Assembly: GCA_951406725.2 (NCBI GenBank)
Contig: OX597821.1
Span: forward strand, 92,628,001 to 92,692,000
Direction: 5' to 3'
Origin: Octopus vulgaris
Taxonomy: Eukaryota
DNA: 64,000 bases
Both the position numbers and the translations under genes were made by a program. Below are positions 54,789 through 64,000 of the stretch, one piece after another (position 1 is the first letter of the stretch; every line of letters starts with the position of its first letter). Below the pieces are notes generated by a model that was given only the letters and a program-made list of their open reading frames with translations, did no database searches and was not told the DNA's origin.

Positions 54789-54899
54789 AATGTTTCGGAC
54801 AGGAAATACTACAGCTGCTATTGATAATAATAATAACAACAACAACATCAACAATAACAATAATAATAATAAACATAATAATAATAATAATAATAATAA

Positions 54900-55095
54900 T
54901 AATCCTTTCTAATATAGGCACAAAGCCTGAAATTTGCGGGAGGGGGACTAGTCGATTACATCGACCTCAGTGTTTCACTGGTACTTAAATTATCGACTCC
55001 AAAAGTTTGAAAGGCAAAGTGATTCTCGGCGGAATTTGAACTCAGAACGTAACGACGGGTGAAATATCGCTATGCTTTTCATCCGGCGTGCTAAT
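54900..55095 (-). mobile_element. Family C SINE
   Basis: rc of core; (AAT)n tail. Confidence 0.85.
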
Positions 55096-55545
55096 AAACT
55101 GTCCACAGTCTGTCTACCCTATGTGAAAGGCCTCTCCGAAAAGGTACGAAAGATATGCGGCCCATATGACATCAGGACAATATTCAAGAGTAATATAGCA
55201 CTTCGCAAATATCTCCTTCGAGTAAAACCACCAAGAGAAGAAAATATTACCAAAGACTGTATGTACTCCAACCCATGCAGCCGTGATAGGTTATAAAAAG
55301 GAGAAACATGCCGGCCCCTCAAAATAAGGATAGACGAACATCGCAAAGCTTTGACACGAGAAGATATTGATAAATCAGGTATAGTTGATCATATATGGAA
55401 AAGTGGAGACCATCTCCCCCTGTGGGATGAAGTTAAGATAATAGAGAACACCAATGAAAAATACGAAAACTAAAAGAAGAAGCAGATACGCTAGGACACA
55501 ACAACCTCCTAAGCAGACCGAGTGCAGATATTAAGGAATGATAAG
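55096..55545 (+). pseudogene. Penelope-like element GIY-YIG endonuclease fragment (disrupted)
   Basis: VCLPYVKGLSEKVRKIC...IRTIFKS...CMYSNPCSRDRL*KGETCRPLKIRIDEHRK...SGIVDHIW...WDEVKII; in-frame stops and frameshift. Confidence 0.9.
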
Positions 55546-55889
55546 GAAATATTAGATTTATAAGCCCTAAAATTCATTTCATAATTGGTTAATTAGCGAG
55601 CGGTATTATTTATCTACTTCCGAAGAATAATTAAACCAAATTTCCCCAACACTATCGGTCAATATCACGTCTGTCTACCATGTATAAAATTTTAACATCC
55701 ATCCTCGTGGAGAAAACATACAAATGAACGGTATTTGGTTTTGATAAATGTGCCAAGGTCACTCTCCAGAAAGGATAACTGAAGACCTCACATTCAGTGA
55801 TGTTAGACTCACAAATACCTCGGAATAAATGAAGGCTCTGGTATTCAACATACAAGTATGAAAGGGAAGATCAGGAAGGAGGGTTACTG

Positions 55890-57111
55890 GAGAGTTCGAG
55901 CATTGCCCTCTCCAAATAGCTGCGCAAAGTGCGGCTGAAAAACTGCACACATCTCGGAACCGGGTAGCACGCACCCACCCTGATCCGTCAAAGATCTGAT
56001 CGTAGTTTTGTTTCAACGTTGCGTCTCCTCCGCTAGGGCCTATCGGACAGCTTTATTTCCATCCTGTTTGAGTGCACGGGCCATAGCTCTGACAATGTAA
56101 CCTTTGCATTTTGCTTCGAAGAAATGGTCAAGAGCCATTCTCGCCGCTAACACATCGGTCGCAATGCCCTTTTTAATTGCCTCTTCTAATTTACTAATTA
56201 GTTTACCCTCTAATCTATTCCTTTCTATTGCTAACTCTTTGCTAAACGCTATCGACTCTGCTCTAATCGCCTACTTCAGGGCGGCCCACCACCGGTTGTT
56301 GATGATTGCCCCTGTCAACGGCCACTTAACTAGTTCACTAATTCGGTCCCTGTAGTCTTTGCGTGCCGGAAAGGACGCGTTTAACTTCCAGTAACTGGGT
56401 TCCTGTCTACAGGTCCTATCTAACGCGACTATGCAGATTACAATTTGTGGTCTGTGTAGCCAATCAATTTAAATTGTGGACAACCTACACTATCTCTATC
56501 CTTTGACCTAACAAATACTCTATATGGATACGATCTGGATGACCCATTGTGGTTGCTTCACACTGGCATATCAGGGAAATCCAGTCGATATCTATCAGAC
56601 AATTGGAAGTTTCTGAGTAGGTTTTCGAGGCTTTTGCACTCCCTTCTTCTGTGTACTAGCCCCACACAGTCCTTCCGTGCGTCCAAAAATCCCATTCCAG
56701 TCCCCTAATAATACTAAACTGCGAGACGTCCCCAGGAAGGTTTATAGGCGTCTGAAGGATTCTGACCTTCCAGGCCCTGTCGGGACATAGACGACCACCA
56801 GTCTAAGGGCGCCACCTTCGCTACCATTCACATCTAGGACAACCAACCTGCCACCCGGATCCAAGAAGATTGCCTTTACTTCGAGATCTAAGGATTTTCG
56901 GAATAACAATTCTACCCCGCCGCCCGCTCCCGACAGACCACATGATGAGAATATCTCATAGTCATCGAAAACGGGAGCTAGTGCTTGCATATTAGAAATC
57001 CTTGTCTCGCTAATTGCAGCCACATCTGAACGAGCGACCTGAGGTCGTTTAGCAAGTGACCTTGCTTCCTAGGCCACGTACATTCACACACCCCACTCTG
57101 AAAACGACCAT
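55890..57111 (-). pseudogene. L1/Tx1-clade ORF2 N-terminus (APE endonuclease plus linker), disrupted
   Basis: MVVFRVGCVNVRGL, AAISETR, GRLVVLDV, VLLGDWN, YTDHK, SYWKLN motifs; stops and frameshifts. Confidence 0.9.
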
Positions 57112-59037
57112 ATTTATCGGAGAAACAAAACACTAAATGGTCTCTGAATTGATTTCAACCAAATATCATAGAACAAGAAAATTTTGATTCAGAGAGAAGC
57201 AAATATATTCTGCATCGAGATCCCAACGAAACTGGTAATGGTCAGTTTTCGCAACAAATAGAACGTAGAAGAGTTTGATAAGTTCAAATGCTGCGAGAGA
57301 TGAAAATTTTAACGTCTGGACACTTACTTCTCGTTGGAGTTTGAGGAAGATAAGGAAGACAAAAAAAGCGAGTGAGAGAAAGGGGAAAAGGTAGAGAGTA
57401 AAAGGAAGAGAGGGAGAAAGAAAGAAAATTGTGTGTTATTGCTTTGTCTGCATCGTTTTTAAGTTTCGTTCAACTCACCATCTCACCCCATTAAGCAGTG
57501 CACAGAAAAGCAAACTAAATTATTTATTGCTTCGGTATTCCATAATAAGAATAAGATAAGGATAAAATTTAGATAACAACAGAAACTATAAAAAAAAAAG
57601 AGAACACAGATAGATAACCCGGGTTCCCACGAAATATAAAATTCAATTTTAGCTATCTCATCTACTAACAGACGAACACACGTTTTTAATGGAAGTCTTT
57701 GGGAATAATGTGTTAAGAGCAAAATAACAATGTGAATACTTGGTACTTTGATATATCAAGGGTATATAAAAGATTATGAAGTCGACGATGTTTTACTATT
57801 CTCTTACTATTAGATCTGGTTGGATTTCATGGACGTCACAATCATCATCATCTCTATTACCATCATTATTAATTTTTGCTTGAAACTTAACTTTTACAAA
57901 GAGATGTTGCCAATTTTTTACATTTACAAATGCGGCTTGATATAGACACCTATCATGCTGTTCAAAATATCAAGCATACCATACGCTTTGCAATGAAGCA
58001 TGGTTGAATGACTGAGAATTTCAATTGAGAATTAATAAGTCCTGTGTTCAATCCCACAGCATGGCCTTTTGTTGAGTGCCTCAGGTCAATCGAAGCTTTG
58101 TGAGGGAAATGGAACAGGCGGAAACTGTGCAGAAACCTCTACCTGTAATTCGAAGCCACAGCTTTATCACACACGCCGAATCTGCTTCAGTATTATGTTA
58201 TTATGTTAATTGTACATGTGACTGTGGAATGCTCAGCCACTTTAATGTTAATGAAATGGGTGAGCAATTCAGTTGATCAAACAACTGAATTTGCAGCCAT
58301 TGAAATCAACAGAGACCACTTTTTATTATCTGCAGTTTTACTATCCAGGATATATCTAATGTATGTATGTATGTATGTATGTATGTATGTATGTATGTAT
58401 GTATGTATGTATGTATGTATGTATGTATGCATGTATGTATGCATGCATACATGCATGCATGCGTGTGAAATTAGACTAGCGACTGTTGGTGCTGCCATCT
58501 ACAGTTGCTTTCAGTGTAAGAGATGCAGAAAAAGTGAATTTGCTTAGAAATAGAAGGGAAGGAGAAATTTCCCTCAAGAAAGGTATATTTCGATGATAGC
58601 ACGGATTTTTGTCAGTGAACAGGTCGCGGTCTTATAGCGACGAAAATATTTTGACAAATTAAACTTAAATGTTGAAGTGAATCGAACGGCTTTTGTGTGT
58701 TTCTTAAATGGCTTACAAACACCTTCCACGCTGCAATTGTTTTCGTTCCAGCATACGATCTCAGATCAAATCACTTGCTATGCAAGTCCATCTCCGTAAT
58801 TTATAGATAAGCTCTCTTGAAACAACATACAAATCAGAATTGGAATATCTTTGAAAATGAATCTGCCAGATCGAAATTGATCTACATTTAAAAGAACAAC
58901 ACACAACTACCAATATTATCTGTCCCCATTAACAATAACAATGCAGCCTCCAAATCTCTCTCAAACCACACATTAAAGAAAGGATACGCATCTTAAAGAA
59001 AGGATACGCATATTGGATAACATATACAAAGTTACGT

Positions 59038-59262
59038 GAAGGTGCATGGCTTAGTGGTTAGGGCGTCAGCACCATGATTGGAAGATTATGGTTTCGATTC
59101 CTGGACTGGGCAACGCGTTGTGTTCTTGAGCAAAACACCTCATTTCACATTACTCCAGTCCACTCAGCTGGCAATAAAATGAGTAACGCTGCAATGGACT
59201 GGCGTCCTATCCAGCTGGGGAATACATACGCCATTGAAACCGGGAAACCGGGCCCATGAGCG
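59038..59262 (+). mobile_element. tRNA-derived SINE with CORE-like and V-domain-like segments
   Basis: GGCTTAGTGGTTAGG / GGTTTCGATTCC boxes; GTGTTCTTGAGCAAAACAC; TGCAATGGACTGGCGTCCTATCCAG. Confidence 0.75.
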
Positions 59263-59737
59263 CATTTTATTTTATACGAAGTTACACTACGACTAAAGTA
59301 AAAAATGGGCTCGTTACAGACAGAGTAACAGCAATTACAAGCCGGGTGAATCAGAGTTGACCTGGGCTTAAACAACTACAACAATAACATTTTAGAGACT
59401 TTTCAACAAACACAGTTATCCACCGTCATGAAAGCTGCTTTAGTAAATACATTTCCAATATAGACAGTATGTTATTTTTACAAATATCAGTCATTTATAT
59501 TCATTAGGAAATAATAAATATTTCTTACAAAAAAAAAAAAACTCATATACTTAATTTTTGTAAGTAAATAATTAACATTGTGGAAAAGGAATAATAATTG
59601 TTTCTGTTTAATCACTGTATCTTGGTTTCTGTTGCAAAATTATCATAAGAATTGAGGATATGGAACAGTAAGTTTATATAAGATATTTTTCAATTAAGAA
59701 TTATTGATTTTCTAAATAAATCTTTAAAAAACACAGT

Positions 59738-59987
59738 ATGTACACACATACACACACACACACCTGGCACACACACACACACACAAATACAAACACACTG
59801 ACTGGTGGATAAATAGATAAATGGGTAGACAGACAGACAGATAGACAGACAGATCTTTCCTCCTCCATGAAACAAAGCTGTTCCCGCTGGACGTCAACCC
59901 AGTATTTCTAAGCTACGGACCGAGTGATTTATTGTAAGGTTATCTCCCTAGATAGATAGATAGATAGATACCCCATGTACACACACA

Positions 59988-60027
<40 letters not shown>

Positions 60028-60100
60028 TACAAACACACTGACTGGTGGATAAATAGATAAATGGGTAGACAGACAGACAGATAGACAGACAGATAGATAA

Positions 60101-60157
<57 letters not shown>

Positions 60158-60158
60158 C

Positions 60159-60225
<67 letters not shown>

Positions 60226-60239
60226 CAGATAGATAGATT

Positions 60240-60325
<86 letters not shown>
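59738..60325. repeat. ~115-bp direct duplication (period ~240) followed by long (TAGA)n
   Basis: CAAATACAAACACACTGACTGGTGGATAAATAGATAAATGGG at ~59784 and ~60024. Confidence 0.9.
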
Positions 60326-60394
60326 CAAACATTGATATATTTGGAAAAATAAAGGAGTGGTTGCATTACTTTTTACAAAGTGGGAATTATTTAC

Positions 60395-60675
60395 AACCAA
60401 AGGTGCTCCCTCAAAAGGTACATCACTTCTAAGCAGAGTTCCTCATGGAATTGTAATTGGGATCACAAATGCTTGTGGTGGCTTTCTCAGACATACTCTC
60501 ATTCATACAGTCAGCCACTTTCACCGAATATGCTGGCAATACATAAGAATCAGAGGCAGTCAAGGACCCTGACAGTAACACAAAACAACAGAAAGACCTG
60601 AACACAGTATACAATTATGCTAAAGCAAACAACATGCAGTTCAATGGTGAAAAAATATCAGGTACTCTGTCTTCA
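60395..60675 (+). pseudogene. Degenerate CR1/L2-type reverse transcriptase fragment
   Basis: SRVPHGIVIG (for SGVPQGTVLG), EYAGNT (for YADDT), QKDLNTVYNYAKANNMQFNGEK. Confidence 0.75.
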
Positions 60676-60689
60676 GCCCATGAGCATAT

Positions 60690-61116
60690 TCTTTTCTACT
60701 CTTGGCACAAAGCTCGAAATTTTGGGGGAGGGGGCCAGTTGATAAGATCGACCCTAGTACATGACTGGTACTTAACTTATTGATCCCAAAAGGACGAAAG
60801 GCGAGGTCGACTTTAGTGGAATTTGAACTCAGATTGTAAAGACAAATGAAATACCAGTGAGCGTTTTGCCTGGCATGCCAATGTTTCTTATTTCTTTATT
60901 GCCCACAAGGGGCTACACACAGAGGGGACAAACAAGGACAGACAAAGGGATTCAGTCAATTACATCGTTTCTTATTTCTTTATTGCCCACAGTGCATAAC
61001 TCATACTTAATTTATCGATCCCAGAAGGATGAATGGCAAAGTCGACCTTAGCGGAATTTGATCTCAGAACGTAATGGCAGACGAAATACCACTAAGCATT
61101 TCACCCGGCATGCTAA
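60690..61116 (-). mobile_element. Nested/tandem family C SINEs
   Basis: Two cores and repeated tail GTTTCTTATTTCTTTATTGCCCACA. Confidence 0.8.
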
Positions 61117-61243
61117 CCAGTGGCCCAGCAACAAAATTTGCTCAGGGGGTGCAAACCCAGGTCTTAATTTTTTTTATGAAAAATGTGTATTTTTCCATTG
61201 TTAACACTAAAACAAATGCAGGTATAATAATTATTTTTATTAC

Positions 61244-61515
61244 TATGAGGGTCGGCTGAAATGTTCATAATCTGAGCAATGGAATGTGACCAAATGAAGT
61301 TCATTTTCTAACATAGTTCCTCTTACTGTCCACACACTTCCATTGGTCGTTGCAGTGCTTGGGTCGCACTGGTGAAGAAGCTTTTCTGAGATCTACGAAG
61401 CACAGATGGGGATGTGTTCAAATTTTCATGTGAGATTACAATTGAGCCCACATCACTGCAAGAAATTCAAAGAAGAGCCTTATCTAAATCATTGCTTCAG
61501 CAGAACCCATCCCAT
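61244..61515. mobile_element. Degenerate Tc1/mariner-type MITE
   Basis: TATGAGGGTCGGCTGAAATGTTC start resembles a mariner TIR; right end decayed. Confidence 0.45.
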
Positions 61516-61659
61516 AGAAAGATTTGGGGAAGTGTTCTGAAATAAAGTGGTATTTACACTAATGGTGGTAGTTGCACTACCCATATACACTCACATGCAT
61601 AAACACACATACACACACATACATGTATATATAAAGTAGTAGAGTAATTTGAATGTACC

Positions 61660-61890
61660 TATTTCTTTACTGCCCACAAGGGGCTACACACAGAGGGGAC
61701 AAACAAAGACAGACAAATGGATTAAGTCGATTATATCGACCCCAGTGCGTAACTGGTACTTATTTATCGACCCCAGAAGGATGAAAGGCAAAGTCGACCT
61801 CGGCAGAATTTGAACTCAGAACGTAACGGCAGACGAAATACGGCTACGTATTTTGCCCGGCGTTCTAATGTTTCTGCCAGCTCACCGCCT
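61660..61890 (-). mobile_element. Family C SINE, full length
   Basis: Flanked by TGAATGT(A/G)CC TSD. Confidence 0.9.
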
Positions 61891-62310
61891 TGAATGTGCC
61901 AGATTCTACTACTTCTAAATAAGTATTAATTCGATACATTTGTATAGCAAAGACTTATTATTGAAATTAGAATGTTCAATGCTTCACTTATTGTAACACA
62001 GGGAGTAAACATTGTAGGACTGGCCTTGGATACCAAATACTCTGGTGCTGGCTCTGATTAAGACAAAAATATTTTTTAAAGTATTCTATAATAGCATCTG
62101 CTAAAATGTGTCTCTCTCTCTCTCCCCCTCTCTCTCTTGAGTTTGTGCCAAGTTGAGATACCACTGATGCTCTTTTCCTTATGAGGCAGCTATAGAAGTC
62201 CATAGGAAAGTGAAATCTACTTTAAGCAGGATTATTCACCTGAAGACACCACAGTCTGTATTTACATTATTTACAATTGATGGATATTTGTCCTCATCTT
62301 GTTTGTTGTT

Positions 62311-62356
62311 AATGCAACGTTTCGGCTGATATACCCTCCAGCCTTCATCGGGTATC
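62311..62356 (-). ncRNA. Minimal hammerhead motif (U4>C) in a small element (~62256-62415)
   Basis: Minus: gatac-CCGATGA-a ggctg gagggtatat cagcc-GAAA-CG-TT-gcatt. Confidence 0.6.
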
Positions 62357-62425
62357 TTGGGGAAATTTTGAACCGGGGTTCTCATTCCTAAGATATTATT
62401 CAATGTTGTTGTTATTATCATTATG

Positions 62426-62469
<44 letters not shown>

Positions 62470-62880
62470 TTTTTTTTCTTCTTTCAAATTTGCTTCCATT
62501 TCTTGCCGAGTGTCTTCCCGACTCCTAGGGCAAAGAAACTCATAGTATACATTGGTAGGCCATTAAGCCAAAACTCAATAGTTCGTTCATTCTTTTTTTT
62601 TTTTTTTAAGTTAAATTAAAATACATGAGCAGCAACAGTTCTCACATCGATAATGCTCTTCTCAATACGTGTGATGTACCAGTTAAGACAATCTTCTGCA
62701 CTTCTTGCAGGGATGGTAAGCCAGGGATCATTCTCATATAATTTTCGGTTCCCTTCTTGATCATTCCTAGTGCTCCTACGATCACTGGTATAGTAACCGC
62801 CTTGAGATGCCACATTTTCTCAATTTCAATGAGTAGGTCTTTATATTTTCTGAGCTTGTTGAACTCTTTCGCTGAGATAT
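62470..62880 (-). mobile_element. R4/Dong-type LINE 3' end within (TAA)n
   Basis: KLRKYKDLLIEIEKMWHLKAVTIPVIVGALGMI...VQKIVLTGTSHVLRRALSM*. Confidence 0.9.
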
Positions 62881-62884
62881 TATG

Positions 62885-62943
<59 letters not shown>

Positions 62944-62944
62944 A

Positions 62945-63012
<68 letters not shown>

Positions 63013-63164
63013 TATCATCATTATTATTATTCAGGTCACTGCCTAGAATCAAACTCAGAATTTTGGGGTTACTAGCCCGCACTCTTAACCACTACACCTG
63101 TAACAACTACGTCTGTAGTCTGGAAGCCAATTAGAAAATTAGGTGGACAGGAAAGAATTTTGAG

Positions 63165-63420
63165 ATGCATTCAGTACAGTAAAGGCAATGAGTTCAGTGA
63201 GGAATTTAGCATGCAAGTTGGTGTCCATCAGGACTCAGTTTTCAACTGCCCACCTTTTTTATCATAGTCCTTCAGGCCATCACAAAGGAATTAAATCCCA
63301 TCTGTCCACAGGAATTTCTGTATGATGATGTCTTAGTTCCCATAGCTGAATATGGCCAAGAAGTAGAGAACAAAATTTGAAACCTAGAAACAAAGTATAG
63401 ATTCAAGAAGAAGAAACCTT
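63165..63420 (+). pseudogene. Degenerate RTE-type reverse transcriptase fragment
   Basis: FSEEFSMQVGVHQDSV, FIIVLQAITKE, CPQEFLYDDVLV (decayed YADD). Confidence 0.8.
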
Positions 63421-63603
63421 GCAACGACAAAAGTTTTAGTTAGAAGGAACTAAAACACAACACTATCTTGTTGCACCTTGTACTAACCACTACATCCAAT
63501 CATTCCATTACTAAATCCTCCAGAGTTCTTTCCCTGCATATGATACCCCAGTGCTCATCAACCTGCACCTGTAAAAGAGGATTGCTAATAGAATCTGTCT
63601 CAC

Positions 63604-63830
63604 AGGCAGCGAGCTGGCAGAAACATTGCCGGGTGAAATGCTTATCGGTATTTCGTCTGCCATTATGTTCTGAGTTCAAATTCTGCCGAGGTTGACTTTG
63701 CCTTTCATCCTTTCGGGGTCGATAAATTAAGTACCAGTTATGCACTGGGGTCGATGTAATCGTCTTAATACCTTTGTCTGTCCTTGTTTGTCCCCTCTAT
63801 GTTTAGCCCCTTGTGGGCAATAAAGAAATA
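63604..63830 (+). mobile_element. Family C SINE, full length
   Basis: 14-bp TSD AGAATCTGTCTCAC (63590-63603, 63831-63844). Confidence 0.92.
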
Positions 63831-64000
63831 AGAATCTGTCTCACTAACCTTAGAGGGATTTTGAGATTTTGAAGGCAATAGGCATAGTCCTTTTCTACTA
63901 AATAAACTAACTGGAAAACATTAATTAAGATGTGAGTTTTGGTAGCTTACATTACTGAATTCATTTATTATTAAAGAAGTAATTTGAAGTGGGTGAACTC

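Noticed and set aside
62642-63082. 146-aa ORF with poly-Asn
   Set aside because: Chance fusion of (AAT)n to a truncated Dong LINE C-terminus.

Overview
AT-rich, repeat-saturated animal genomic DNA that is intronic or intergenic. The SINE families and dense (TA)n/(ATT)n/(CAT)n/(TAGA)n microsatellites look like an octopus (coleoid) genome; this species call is recognition from memory, not a search. No complete protein-coding gene is recognisable: nearly all long ORFs are microsatellite translations or dead LINE fragments (RTE, CR1, L1/Tx1, R4/Dong, Penelope GIY-YIG). Also present are hAT, piggyBac-type, mariner-type and Helitron non-autonomous elements. The most notable signal is five hammerhead-ribozyme (HHR) motifs from four unrelated small non-coding elements. 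One ORF-less family with a ~353-nt unit occurs twice, each copy with its own target-site duplication (TSD): as a direct 1.25-mer at 1190-1646 and as an inverted-repeat form at 51947-52342. Its ribozyme stems and palindromic loop co-vary between copies, suggesting a Penelope-dependent retrozyme-like system. A few low-confidence exon candidates and patchy CpG retention are noted. All analysis was by eye; repeat boundaries are approximate unless a TSD is given.
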